Source of the DNA: Candidatus Rokuibacteriota bacterium
GTDB lineage: Bacteria > Methylomirabilota > Methylomirabilia > Rokubacteriales > DASRDR01
Direction of reading: 5' to 3'
DNA: 30,750 nt
Assembly: GCA_044866005.1 (NCBI GenBank)
Contig: JBIOTN010000147.1
Location: 1 to 30,750 of the forward strand
Below are positions 16,374-25,154 of this stretch, piece after piece. Positions within the stretch are counted from its first letter, which is position 1; the number at the start of each line of letters is the position of its first letter. Both the position numbers and the translations under genes were made by a program. Below the pieces are notes generated by a model. That model did not search any database, was not told where the DNA came from, and was given only the letters and a program-made list of their open reading frames with translations.

Positions 16374-16389
16374 TGGCATCCTCCTTGCA
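16374..16389 (+). promoter_or_regulatory. Sigma54 (-24/-12) promoter
   Basis: TGGCAT-CCTCC-TTGCA fits TGGCAC-N5-TTGCW with exact GG-N10-GC spacing. Confidence 0.7.
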
Positions 16390-16398
16390 CCCTCACAC

Positions 16399-16537
16399 CG
16401 GCGAGCACGGCCGCCGCGATACCGGACCCGCGGTGGTCCGGGCTCGCCGCGCTCCGAGGGAGTCCCGGAGCGTCGGGTTCCGCGTGGGGGCGCCCTTGTG
16501 CGGTGCGGGGGGGGCGCCTCCACGCGGTTTTCTTTTC
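16399..16537 (+). ncRNA. Candidate sigma54-dependent three-stem-loop small RNA
   Basis: Predicted +1 near 16400 falls at the base of hairpin 1 (cggcgagc 16399-16406 / gctcgccg 16442-16449); hairpin 2 at 16450-16472; terminator hairpin 16480-16527 plus T-rich tail. Confidence 0.55.
16480..16537 (+). terminator. Intrinsic terminator
   Basis: ccgcgtgggggcgccc...gggcgcctccacgcgg stem followed by ttttcttttc. Confidence 0.8.
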
Positions 16538-16710
16538 TCCCGCCACGCGCGGCCGCTGCCGGCGCCCGCGCGCCCGTCGCCGCCGTGGGGTGGTCCCTCT
16601 CACCGGGCGGTGCGCGGGCCTCTGCAAATGCAGCCCGGCGCGTGCAGTTCTTGCCGCCGGGGGGCCCGCGCCGTTCGCCGGAGCGCGCCCCCGGGGGGGG
16701 CGAGGCGCCG

Positions 16711-17454
16711 ATGCGCGATCTCCTGGTCGCCTGTCGCTTTCTGACCGCGCTCCCGCTGCCGCGGAGCGCGCCCGCGGGCGACCTCGGCGACGCCGCCCGA
16801 TGGTTTCCGCTGGTCGGCGGCCTCCTCGGGGCGATTCTGGCGGGAGCGGCGCTCGGCGTCGACCGCGTGGCGCCGCCCCTCCTCGGCGCGGTCCTCGTCG
16901 TGGCCGCGTGGGCGCTCTTGACCGGTGGTCTGCACCTCGACGGGCTCGCCGACACGCTCGACGGCCTCGGGGGCGGATGGAGCCGCGACGAGGCGCTGGC
17001 GATCATGCGAGACGTCCGGACCGGGGCCTACGGGGTGACCGGGATCGCGCTCGTCCTCGCCGTCAAGATCACCGGCCTGGCGGGGCTTCCGGCCAGCGCC
17101 CGGTGGCGCGCGCTGGTCGTGGCCCCCGTGCTCGGCCGGCTCGCGCCGCTGCTCCTGGCGCGCTGGTGCGCGCCCGCGCGCGAGGAAGGGGCCGGCCACG
17201 CCTTTGCCCTCGCGGTGACGCCGCGTGCGCTCGGGGTCGCGACGCTCCTCGCGCTCGCGGTCGGGCTGGGCCTCCTGGGCGCCTGGGGCCTGCTCCTGCT
17301 CGGGCTGGTGGCCGGGTGGACGGCGGCCTTCGCCCTCTACCTGCGCTGGCGGCTGGGCGGGCTGACCGGGGACTGCCTGGGGGCGCTGGTCGAGAGCGTC
17401 GAAGCCGGCGTGCTGGGGGCGATCGCGGTCCTGGCCCATCTCGGCCGCCTGTGA
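16711..17454 (+). CDS. cobS: Adenosylcobinamide-GDP ribazoletransferase (cobalamin synthase)
   Basis: 'FLTALP', 'WFPLVG', 'LTGGLHLDGLADTLDG', 'IMRDVRTGAYG', 'GGLTGDCLGA'. Confidence 0.95.
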   Translation: MRDLLVACRFLTALPLPRSAPAGDLGDAARWFPLVGGLLGAILAGAALGVDRVAPPLLGAVLVVAAWALLTGGLHLDGLADTLDGLGGGWSRDEALAIMRDVRTGAYGVTGIALVLAVKITGLAGLPASARWRALVVAPVLGRLAPLLLARWCAPAREEGAGHAFALAVTPRALGVATLLALAVGLGLLGAWGLLLLGLVAGWTAAFALYLRWRLGGLTGDCLGALVESVEAGVLGAIAVLAHLGRL

Positions 17455-17467
17455 GAGGTCCCGGCGG

Positions 17468-18115
17468 ATGCCGTCGACCTGGCTCTACCTGATCCGGCAT
17501 GGCGAGATCGAGCGCGCCGGCGAGGGGCGCTTCTACGGCCACACCGACGTCGCCCTTTCGGCCGCCGGCGTCGTGCAGGCCGACGCGCTGGCCCGCCAGC
17601 TCGCGCTCGAGCCGATCGACGCCGTGTACGCCAGCGACCTCCGCCGCGCGCGACAGACGGCGGCGCCGCTCGCGGAGAGCCGCGGCCGTCCGGTCGACGT
17701 CGTCCCGGCGCTCCGCGAGATGGCGATGGGCCGGTGGGAGGGGCTCACGTTCCGCGAGATCGGCCAGCAGGACCCGGACGCGCTCCGGCAGTGGATGGCG
17801 AACCTCGAGACCTTCCCGTTCCCGGACGGCGAGAGCCTCGGGGCGGTGCGGCACCGGGTCATGCCGGCCCTCGACGAGATCCTCGCGCGGCACGCCGGCC
17901 GGCGCGTCGCGGTCGTCGCCCACGGCGGCCCGAACCGCGTGATCCTCTGCCAGGCGCTCGGGATGCCGCTCGGCCACCTGCTGCGACTGGCCCAGGACTA
18001 CGCGTGCTGGAGCCTCATCGAGTACCGCGCGGACGTCGCCGTCCTCCACACGCTCAACCAGCGGGTCGCGGGGATCGCCGCCGCCGCCCCGGTGGAGAAG
18101 ACCGCGGTCGGCTGA
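17468..18115 (+). CDS. cobC: Histidine phosphatase, probable alpha-ribazole phosphatase
   Basis: 'LIRHGE', 'ASDLRRARQTA', 'LREMAMGRWEG', 'PDGES', 'VAHGG'; follows cobS. Confidence 0.8.
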   Translation: MPSTWLYLIRHGEIERAGEGRFYGHTDVALSAAGVVQADALARQLALEPIDAVYASDLRRARQTAAPLAESRGRPVDVVPALREMAMGRWEGLTFREIGQQDPDALRQWMANLETFPFPDGESLGAVRHRVMPALDEILARHAGRRVAVVAHGGPNRVILCQALGMPLGHLLRLAQDYACWSLIEYRADVAVLHTLNQRVAGIAAAAPVEKTAVG

Positions 18116-18136
18116 CCGCCCGGGACGGGAAGACGG

Positions 18137-18520
18137 GTGAGCCCCGGCGACACGCCCGACACGGTCCGGCTCGATCGCTGGCTCTGGGCGGCGCGCGTCT
18201 ACAAGACCCGGAGCCTCGCCCAGGCCGCGTGCGCGGGCGGCAAGGTGGACGTGAACGGCGACGCGGCGAAGCCCTCCCGCGCCGTGCGCCCCGGGGACCG
18301 CCTGCGCGTGACGCTGGGCGAGTGGCGGCGCGAGCTCCTGGTGCGCGCGGTCAGCGATCGGCGGGGCCCCGCGACCGAGGCCCGGCTGCTCTACGAGGAC
18401 CTCTCGCCGCCGCGTCCCCCGCGCGCCTCCCGGATCCCGCCGGCGTTCCTGCGCACGGCGGGTCTCGGGCGGCCGACGAAGCGCGAGCGGCGGCTGCTCG
18501 ACCGCCTCCGCGGGAGTTAA
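18137..18520 (+). CDS. hslR: S4-domain RNA-binding protein, Hsp15-like
   Basis: 'VRLDRWLWAARVYKTRSLA', 'GKVDVNG', 'KPSRAVRPGD', 'GRPTKRERR'. Confidence 0.88.
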   Translation: MSPGDTPDTVRLDRWLWAARVYKTRSLAQAACAGGKVDVNGDAAKPSRAVRPGDRLRVTLGEWRRELLVRAVSDRRGPATEARLLYEDLSPPRPPRASRIPPAFLRTAGLGRPTKRERRLLDRLRGS

Positions 18521-18590
18521 TCGGAGGGGGCCTCGACGGCCCCCTCCGAATCCTCCCCCAGGACGGTTGCGGCGGCAGCCGCCGCTCGGA
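18521..18590. repeat. REP-like double palindrome
   Basis: tcggagggggcc-tcgac-ggccccctccga and gcggcggc-a-gccgccgc-tcgga; the same unit types occur at 14621-14644 and 14750-14777. Confidence 0.75.
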
Positions 18591-18594
18591 CGGC

Positions 18595-18623
18595 TTGCTC
18601 GCTGGCGCGTCGTTGGCTACTAT
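18595..18623 (+). promoter_or_regulatory. Sigma70-type promoter, probably leaderless transcript
   Basis: TTGCTC-N17-TACTAT ending 7 nt before GTG 18631; no SD. Confidence 0.55.
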
Positions 18624-18630
18624 CCGCGGC

Positions 18631-19806
18631 GTGAGCGAGAGCGCCGAGGCCGTCGTCATCGGGGGCGGCTCGACCGGGGCGAGCATCGCCTTCCACCTCG
18701 CGGAGCGCGGTGTCCGCGGCGTGGTCCTGCTGGAGAAGGGCGCGCTCGCCTCGGGCCCGACCGGCCGGTCCACCGCCATCGTCCGCCAGCACTACTCGAA
18801 CGAGGTCACCGCCGACATGGCCCTCACGAGCCTGCGTGTCTTCCAGCAGTGGGGCGACCGGGTCGGCGGGACGTGCGGGTTCGTCCGGACGGGGTTCCTC
18901 GTCGGCGCGCGGGAGGCGGAGCGGCGGGCGCTCGAGGGGAACGTCGCCTTGCAGCAGGGCGTCGGGATCGACGTCCGTCTCGTCGCCCCGGACGAGCTTC
19001 GGCGGCTCGAGCCCGGGCTCTTCACCGAGGACCTGGTCGCCGCGGCCTGGGAGCCGGAGGCGGGCTACTGCGATCCGGTCTCGACGACGACCTCGTTCGC
19101 GGCCGCGGCGCAGGGCCGGGGGGCGCGGATCGTCCAGGGCCGCGCGGTCACCGGGATCCGCCTCGAGGGGGGCCGCGTGACGGGCGTCCTGACCCCGGCC
19201 GGTCCCATCGCGACGCGGGTCGTCGTCAACGCGGCGGGGGCGTGGGCCGGGCGGCTCGCGGCGCCGCTCGGCGTCGAGCTGCCGATCGAGCCCTCCCGGC
19301 ACCCGGTCTGCGCCTTTCGCCGGCCGCCCGACTTCGGCCGGGCGCCGATGGTCTACGCCGACTTCGCCCACCAGTTCTACATGCGGCCCGAGACGGGCGA
19401 CCTCTGCCTGGTCGGCTCCATCGACCCACGCGACGCCGCCCACCTGGCGGACCCCGATCGTTACGAGGAGGGCGTGAACTTCGAGACGATCAGCGACTTC
19501 GCCGGTCGGGTCAGCCGCCGGTACCCGGCGCTCGAGCGCGCGTTCTCGCGCGGGGGCTGGGCGGGGATCTACGACGTGACCCCCGACTGGCATCCGGTGC
19601 TCGACGCCATCGAGGAGGTGCCGGGGCTGTTCGTGGCGGCCGGCTTCTCCGGCCACGGCTTCAAGCTCTGCCCCGCGGTCGGCGCGTTGATGGCGGGGCT
19701 GGTCGTGGACGGGCGGCGGGACGACCGTCTCGACTTCTTCCGCGCGGACCGGTTCCGGACGGGCCGGCTGATCCGCGGCCGGTACGACTACTCGATCGTC
19801 GGCTGA
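18631..19806 (+). CDS. FAD-dependent oxidoreductase, DAO/sarcosine oxidase beta-like family
   Basis: 'VVIGGGSTGASIAFHLA', 'GPTGRSTAIVR', 'VVNAAGAW', 'YDVTPDWHP', 'GFSGHGFKL'. Confidence 0.9.
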   Translation: MSESAEAVVIGGGSTGASIAFHLAERGVRGVVLLEKGALASGPTGRSTAIVRQHYSNEVTADMALTSLRVFQQWGDRVGGTCGFVRTGFLVGAREAERRALEGNVALQQGVGIDVRLVAPDELRRLEPGLFTEDLVAAAWEPEAGYCDPVSTTTSFAAAAQGRGARIVQGRAVTGIRLEGGRVTGVLTPAGPIATRVVVNAAGAWAGRLAAPLGVELPIEPSRHPVCAFRRPPDFGRAPMVYADFAHQFYMRPETGDLCLVGSIDPRDAAHLADPDRYEEGVNFETISDFAGRVSRRYPALERAFSRGGWAGIYDVTPDWHPVLDAIEEVPGLFVAAGFSGHGFKLCPAVGALMAGLVVDGRRDDRLDFFRADRFRTGRLIRGRYDYSIVG

Positions 19807-19828
19807 GGGGGGAGAGCCCCGCTCGGGC

Positions 19829-20332
19829 TCAGCTCTCCTCGGCGACGCTGTGCGCCTCGCCGTCGTAGGCCGCGCGCCGGGCCCGCCCGACGAGCTTGCG
19901 GAAGCGCGCATGCAGCCGCTCGAGCTCCTCGTCGGACAGCTCCTCGATGTCGATCAGCCGGTTCGAGGCGCCCTCCAGCGCCGCGATCAGCTCGTTCAGC
20001 TTGAGCTGGATCGCGTGGGCGTCCTTGTTCTGGGTCTGCTGGATCAGGAAGACCATGAGGAAGGTGACGATCGTCGTGCCCGTGTTGATGATGAGCTGCC
20101 AGCTGTCCGAGTAGCCGAAGAGGGGCCCCGTCAGGCCCCAGGCGACGATCGTCCCCGCCGCCAGCATGAACGCCCAGGGGCTTCCCACCTTCACCGACAC
20201 GGCGTGCGCGAACGTCTCGAAGCGCGTCTGGATTCGCCGGCGGAGCGTCGGCGGGCGGCAGGGTCGCGGCTCGGTCCCGGCCGCCGCCGCCGGCCTCCGC
20301 GCGGTGGTGGAGCGGTTCTGCGCCATGGCCAT
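19829..20332 (-). CDS. Low-affinity iron permease (Fet4-like) family small membrane protein
   Basis: 'GSPWAF', 'GPLFGYSDSWQLIINTGTTIVTFLMVFLIQQTQNKD', 'IQLKLNELI', 'IDIEELSDEEL'. Confidence 0.85.
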   Translation of the reverse strand: MAMAQNRSTTARRPAAAAGTEPRPCRPPTLRRRIQTRFETFAHAVSVKVGSPWAFMLAAGTIVAWGLTGPLFGYSDSWQLIINTGTTIVTFLMVFLIQQTQNKDAHAIQLKLNELIAALEGASNRLIDIEELSDEELERLHARFRKLVGRARRAAYDGEAHSVAEES

Positions 20333-20443
20333 ACCTCGTCGGGGACGGCGGCGGGCGCCCCCGCTGATGGGGTGAAACGTCCGGGTGACCGGCCCGACCC
20401 GCCTCGACAGCCACCCGCATCGGGCCTATCCTCATTATCTACC

Positions 20444-20974
20444 ATGGGCGATCGAGTGGTCCGTGTCGCCATCGGGCTCACCTCATTGCTCGTGCTCGTG
20501 CTGGCCGGGTTCCTGCTGCTCGTCCGGGAGCCCGCGCCGGGCGCGCCCTACGACCTGTCCGTGCTGCCGGCGCTCAACGCGTTCCTGAACGGGACGAGCG
20601 CCGTCCTCCTCGCGGCGGGCTTCGTCTTCATCCGGCGGAAGCAGGTGAGGGCGCACATGACGTGCATGCTGAGCGCGTTCGGGGTCTCGACACTGTTCCT
20701 GCTCTCCTACCTGATCTACCACTACCAGGTCGGCTCGGTGCGCTTCACGGGGCACGGCCCCGTCCGCGTCCTCTACTTCGGCCTTCTCTCCACGCACATC
20801 GTCCTGGCGGCGGCGATCGTCCCGCTGGCGCTCACGACCATCTATCTGGGCCTGTCCTGGCAGATCCCGCGCCACCGCCGGATCGTCCGCTGGACGTGGC
20901 CGCTCTGGCTCTACGTCTCGGTCTCGGGGGTCCTCGTCTACTGGATGCTCTACCACCTCTACCCGCCCCCTTGA
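20444..20974 (+). CDS. DUF420 family membrane protein
   Basis: 'LPALNAFLNG', 'AHMTCM', 'FLLSYLIYH', 'THIVLA', 'HRRIVRWTWPLWLYVSVSGVLVY'; upstream TCGACA-N17-TATCCT at 20404-20432. Confidence 0.88.
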   Translation: MGDRVVRVAIGLTSLLVLVLAGFLLLVREPAPGAPYDLSVLPALNAFLNGTSAVLLAAGFVFIRRKQVRAHMTCMLSAFGVSTLFLLSYLIYHYQVGSVRFTGHGPVRVLYFGLLSTHIVLAAAIVPLALTTIYLGLSWQIPRHRRIVRWTWPLWLYVSVSGVLVYWMLYHLYPPP

Positions 20975-21003
20975 CCGGGGCGCGCTCGGGCGCGCCCGGC
21001 GCC

Positions 21004-21033
21004 TTGACGCCGGTCCGGACTCTCTGCTACGGT
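21004..21033 (+). promoter_or_regulatory. Promoter of the cob/btu operon
   Basis: TTGACG-N18-TACGGT with extended -10 TG, just upstream of the riboswitch. Confidence 0.55.
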
Positions 21034-21051
21034 ACCCGTCGGTCGTCCACG

Positions 21052-21226
21052 GGGTCCCAGGTGTGCCCGTCCGGGCCAAGAGGGAAGGCGGTGCGAAGCC
21101 GCCGCGACCCCGTCACTGTGATCGGGGACGAAAGCCGCGGAAGTCGGCCACTGGCGCCGGACACCGGTGCTGGGAAGGCGGCGGCGAGTAGGATGATCCG
21201 AGAGCCAGGAAACCTGCCTGGGACCC
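21052..21226 (+). promoter_or_regulatory. Cobalamin riboswitch 1
   Basis: AGGGAA, GGCGGTGCGAAGCCGCC, CCCCGTCACTGT, GCCACTG, GGGAAGG, B12 box GAGCCAGGAAACCTGCC; P1 ggtcccagg/cctgggacc. Confidence 0.92.
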
Positions 21227-21308
21227 GAGGTTCCCTGACCGGTCTTCGAGGGGAGGCCCGGGTGCCCGCATCTCGCTCGCCGAGTCCGACCCCCGCGCCC
21301 GCCCGGCG

Positions 21309-21848
21309 GTGACGCCGGCGCGGACCCTGCTCGTCCTGGGCGGCGCTCGCGCCGGGAAGAGCGCCTACGCCCTCCAGCGCGCCGCCCGTCTCGGCGAGCG
21401 CGTCGCCTTCGTCGCCACCGCCGAGCCGCGCGATGGCGAGATGGCGGCCCGGATCGCGCGCCATCGGGCCGAGCGGCCTCCCCACTGGACGACGGTCGAG
21501 GCGCCCTGCGCCCTGGCCGAGACCGTCCTGGCGCTCGAGGGCAAGGCGGACGTCGTCCTGGTGGACTGCCTCACCCTCTGGGTGTCGAACCTCCTGGCCC
21601 GTGCGCCCGCGCTCCCGGAGGCGGACCTCCTCGGGGAGGTCCGGGCGCTGACCGCTCCCCGGGCCCGCCGCGCCTTCCACCTCATTCTCGTCTCGAACGA
21701 GGTCGGGGGAGGCGTCCATCCCGAGACCGCCCTCGGGCGGCAGTTCCGCGACCTGCTGGGGCTCGTCAACCAGGCGGTGGCGCGCGCCGCGGACGAGGTC
21801 GTCCTGGTCGTCGCGGGCTGCCCGGTCTGGCTCCGGGGCGGCCCGTGA
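21309..21848 (+). CDS. cobU: Bifunctional adenosylcobinamide kinase / guanylyltransferase
   Basis: 'GGARAGKS', '[22 protein letters not shown]', '[11 protein letters not shown]', 'VSNEVG', 'FRDLLG'. Confidence 0.95.
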   Translation: MTPARTLLVLGGARAGKSAYALQRAARLGERVAFVATAEPRDGEMAARIARHRAERPPHWTTVEAPCALAETVLALEGKADVVLVDCLTLWVSNLLARAPALPEADLLGEVRALTAPRARRAFHLILVSNEVGGGVHPETALGRQFRDLLGLVNQAVARAADEVVLVVAGCPVWLRGGP

Positions 21849-22903
21849 GCGCCGAAGCGGCCCTCGAGGCCCTCCTCGGGCGCATCGTAGCGCCCGATCC
21901 GCGCGTCGGGCTCGCGGCGCGACGGCGGCTCGATCGCCTGACCAAGCCGGCCGGGAGCCTGGGTCGGCTGGAGGAGGTCGCCCAGCGGGCGGCGCTGATC
22001 GGCGGCGACGCGATGCCGCGCGTGGCGGCGCCCGTGATCTTCACGCTCGCCGCCGACCACGGCGTCGTGGCGGAGGGGGTGAGCGCGTACCCCCAGGCCG
22101 TCACCGCACAGATGGTCGAGAACTTCTGCGCCGGCGGGGCGGCGGTGAACGCGCTGGCCCAGCACGTCGGGGCCCGCGTGATCGTCGCCGACCTCGGCGT
22201 GGCGGCGGACCTGCCGGCGCGCCCCGCGCTCGTCGCCCAGAAGATCGCCCGCGGCAGCGGGAACATCGCGCGGGGGCCCGCGATGACGCGGGAGGCCGCC
22301 CTCGCCGCGATCGCCGTGGGCGCCCGGCTCGTGGACGACGCGGTGGTGGACTGCGTGGGAACGGGAGACATGGGGATCGGCAACACGACCGCCGCGAGCG
22401 CCCTCACGGCGGCCCTCACCGGCGCCGACCCGCGCGCCGTGACGGGGCGGGGGACCGGGGTCGACGACGCCCGCTGGGCGCGCAAGGTGGAGGTCGTGCG
22501 GCAAGCGCTCGAGACGAACCGTCCGGATCCCCGCGATCCGCTCGGCGTCCTCGCCGCCGTCGGCGGGCTCGAGATCGCGGGCCTCGTGGGCGTCGTGCTG
22601 GCCGGCGCGGCGCGGCGGCTGCCCGTCGTGCTCGACGGCTTCATCGCCACTGCGGCCGCGCTGGTCGCGGTCCGCCTGCGCGCCGAGGTCCGCGAGTACC
22701 TGATCGCGGCCCACCGGAGCGCCGAGCCGGGGCACGCCGTGCTCCTCGAGACGATGGGGCTCGCCCCGCTCCTCGACCTCGGCATGCGGCTCGGCGAGGG
22801 GACCGGGGCGGCGCTGGGCATCGGTCTCCTGCGCGCCGCGCTCGCCTGCTACACGCGGATGGCCACCTTCAAGGACGCCGGCGTGTCCGAGCGGCTGCCG
22901 TGA
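21845..22903 (+). CDS. cobT: Nicotinate-nucleotide--dimethylbenzimidazole phosphoribosyltransferase
   Basis: '[12 protein letters not shown]', 'AADHGV', 'GDMGIGNTT', 'GRGTG', 'LDGFI', 'MRLGEGTGA'. Confidence 0.96.
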   Translation: MSAEAALEALLGRIVAPDPRVGLAARRRLDRLTKPAGSLGRLEEVAQRAALIGGDAMPRVAAPVIFTLAADHGVVAEGVSAYPQAVTAQMVENFCAGGAAVNALAQHVGARVIVADLGVAADLPARPALVAQKIARGSGNIARGPAMTREAALAAIAVGARLVDDAVVDCVGTGDMGIGNTTAASALTAALTGADPRAVTGRGTGVDDARWARKVEVVRQALETNRPDPRDPLGVLAAVGGLEIAGLVGVVLAGAARRLPVVLDGFIATAAALVAVRLRAEVREYLIAAHRSAEPGHAVLLETMGLAPLLDLGMRLGEGTGAALGIGLLRAALACYTRMATFKDAGVSERLP

Positions 22904-24267
22904 TCCGCGCGCTCTGCGTCGCCGGGCTGGCCTCCTCGGTCGGCAAGACCACCGTGACCCTGGCGCTCGCCGCCGCATTCCGGCGCCGGGGCCTCCGGGT
23001 CCGCTGCGCCAAGGTGGGACCCGATTTCATCGATCCCGGCTTTCACGAGGCGGCGACCGGACTCCCGGGCGTCACGCTGGACGGCTGGATGCTGCCGCCC
23101 GCCGAGCTGGCGGCCACGCTGGCCCGCGCCGGGGCCGACGCGGACCTCGTCCTCGTCGAGGGCATGATGGGGCTCTTCGACGGCCTCGACGGCCGGACCG
23201 AGCGCGGCAGCACGGCCGAGGTGGCGAAGCGGCTCGGACTGCCCGTCCTGCTCGTCGTGGACGCCGCGGCGCAGGTCCGGAGCGCCGCTGCGCTCGTCCT
23301 CGGCGCCGAGGAGTTCGATCCCGAGCTCGACGTCGCCGCCGTCGTCTTCAACCGAGCGGGCGGCGAGCGGCACGAGCGGTGGCTGCGCGAGGCGCTCGCC
23401 GGCCGCTGTCGCGCGCGGCCGATCGGGGCGCTGCCCTGGCGCGGGGAGCTCGAGCTGCCGGCGCGGCACCTCGGGCTCGTCACCGCGCGGGAGCGCCGCT
23501 TCCCGGCCGAGCTGTTCGACGCGCTGGCGAGCCTGGCCGAGCGTGCCATCGACCTCGACGGCTGCCTGGCCCTGGCGCGGAGCCGCGTCGCCCCCGCGGA
23601 GCCCTCCGCCGAGCGCGCGCCCTGCGTGCGTGTGGGGATCGCGCTCGACGACGCCTTCCAGTTCTACTATCCGGCGAATCTCGCGGCCCTCCGCCGGGCG
23701 GGAGCGGAGCTCGTCTTCTGGAGCCCGCTCGCCGACGGCCGGCTCCCGGCGGTGGACGCCCTGTATCTGGGCGGCGGCTATCCCGAGCTCCACGCCGCCG
23801 CGCTCGCCGCCAACGCCGACGGACGCGCCGCGGTCGGCGCGTTCGCCCGGAGCGGCCGGCCGGTCTACGCGGAGTGCGGCGGGCTCATGTACCTGGCCGA
23901 GAGCCTGGAGGACCCGGAGGGCGGCCGCCACGCGATGGTCGGCCTCCTGCCCGTCCACGTCCGGATGACGCCGGCCCTCACGCTCGGCTATCGCGAGGTC
24001 CGGCTGGAGGCAGCCGGATTGCTCGGTGCGGCGGGCGCCCGCGTGCGGGGCCACGAATTCCATCGCTCGCGGCTGGCCGCGCCGCCGGCCGGCGTCGAGG
24101 CCACCTACCGCGTCGCCGATCCCACGGGCGGCGAGCCCTGGCCGGAGGGCTACCGCGTCGCGAACGCGCTCTCGAGCTACGTCCACGTCCACTTCGGCTC
24201 GCATCCCGGGACGGCGGAGGCCTTCGTGGCCGCGGCCCTCGGCGCGCGCGAGCGGCTGACCGTCTGA
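22900..24267 (+). CDS. cbiA: Cobyrinate a,c-diamide synthase (CbiA/CobB)
   Basis: 'SSVGKTT', 'KVGPDFIDP', 'VEGMMGLFDG', 'GSTAEVAK', 'RHLGL', 'DDAFQFYY', 'GGGYPE', 'AECGGLMYL', 'GHEFH', 'SYVHVHF'. Confidence 0.93.
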   Translation: MIRALCVAGLASSVGKTTVTLALAAAFRRRGLRVRCAKVGPDFIDPGFHEAATGLPGVTLDGWMLPPAELAATLARAGADADLVLVEGMMGLFDGLDGRTERGSTAEVAKRLGLPVLLVVDAAAQVRSAAALVLGAEEFDPELDVAAVVFNRAGGERHERWLREALAGRCRARPIGALPWRGELELPARHLGLVTARERRFPAELFDALASLAERAIDLDGCLALARSRVAPAEPSAERAPCVRVGIALDDAFQFYYPANLAALRRAGAELVFWSPLADGRLPAVDALYLGGGYPELHAAALAANADGRAAVGAFARSGRPVYAECGGLMYLAESLEDPEGGRHAMVGLLPVHVRMTPALTLGYREVRLEAAGLLGAAGARVRGHEFHRSRLAAPPAGVEATYRVADPTGGEPWPEGYRVANALSSYVHVHFGSHPGTAEAFVAAALGARERLTV

Positions 24268-25154
24268 TGGGCCGGCGCGGCCTCGGTGCGTGGCTCGCGC
24301 TGCTGCTCCTTGCGCTCGGCGCCTTCCCGGCCGGGGCGGGCGAGGTTCGCGACATGCTGGGGCGGCGCGTCGTCGTCCCCGCGTCGCCGACGCGCGTCGT
24401 GTCGCTCGCCCCCAGCCTCACCGAGACCGTCTACGCCGTCGGCGCGGCCGAGCGCCTGGTCGGCGTGACGGACTTCTGTGACTTCCCCGCGGAGGCGTCG
24501 AGAAAGCCCAAAGTCGGAGGGATTTACACGCCAAACCTCGAGGCGATTCTCAGCCTCAAGCCGGATCTCGTCCTCGCGACGACCGAGGGGAACCGGGAAG
24601 AGCACGTCCAGGCGCTCGGTGCCCTCGGCCTGCCCGTCTACCTCGTGCGCCCGACGGACTTCGCGACGGTGCTGGAGTCGATCGAGCGCGTCGGGCACCT
24701 CCTCGACCGCGCTGCCGAAGGGCGGCGCCTGGCCGGCGCGATGCGCGATGAGGCCGAGGGCATCGCGCGGAGCGTGAAGAGCCTTCCGCGCCCCCGCGTC
24801 CTCTACGTGCTCTGGGGGAACCCGCTGATCGTCCCCGGACGGGACACGCTCATCACCGACCTGATCCGGCGAGCCGGCGGGGAGAGCGTCTCGGGCGACG
24901 AGCCCTTCGCCTACCCCCGCTTCTCGGTGGAAGAGGCGGTGGCGCGGCGCCCGGACCGGATCGTCGTCGCCCAGCACGGCGAGGCCTCGCTCGACGACCG
25001 GCTCCGCGAGTGGCAGCACCTGACGCTGCTCCCCGCGGTCCGCCAGGGTCGGATCGCCCCGATCGACGGGAACCTCCTCCACCGTCCGGGCCCCCGCGTC
25101 GTCCAGGGGCTGCGCGCGCTCGCCCGCATCCTGCATCCCGAGGTGGCATGGTGA
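24267..25154 (+). CDS. btuF: Cobalamin ABC transporter substrate-binding protein
   Basis: ATG 24267 (TGATG overlap); signal peptide; 'RVVSLAPSLTETVYA', 'VGVTDFCDFP', 'PNLEAILSLKPDLV', 'RPGPR'. Confidence 0.88.
   Translation: MGRRGLGAWLALLLLALGAFPAGAGEVRDMLGRRVVVPASPTRVVSLAPSLTETVYAVGAAERLVGVTDFCDFPAEASRKPKVGGIYTPNLEAILSLKPDLVLATTEGNREEHVQALGALGLPVYLVRPTDFATVLESIERVGHLLDRAAEGRRLAGAMRDEAEGIARSVKSLPRPRVLYVLWGNPLIVPGRDTLITDLIRRAGGESVSGDEPFAYPRFSVEEAVARRPDRIVVAQHGEASLDDRLREWQHLTLLPAVRQGRIAPIDGNLLHRPGPRVVQGLRALARILHPEVAW

Noticed and set aside
16334..16744. 136-aa ORF across the carboxyltransferase-cobS gap
   Set aside because: No recognisable motif or SD; it runs through a sigma54 promoter and an intrinsic terminator, which fit an sRNA better.
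19807..19838. Hairpin between the convergent oxidoreductase and Fet4-like genes as an intrinsic terminator
   Set aside because: A stem is present (ggagagc/gctctcc) but there is no U-tract on either strand; it may be a repeat remnant.
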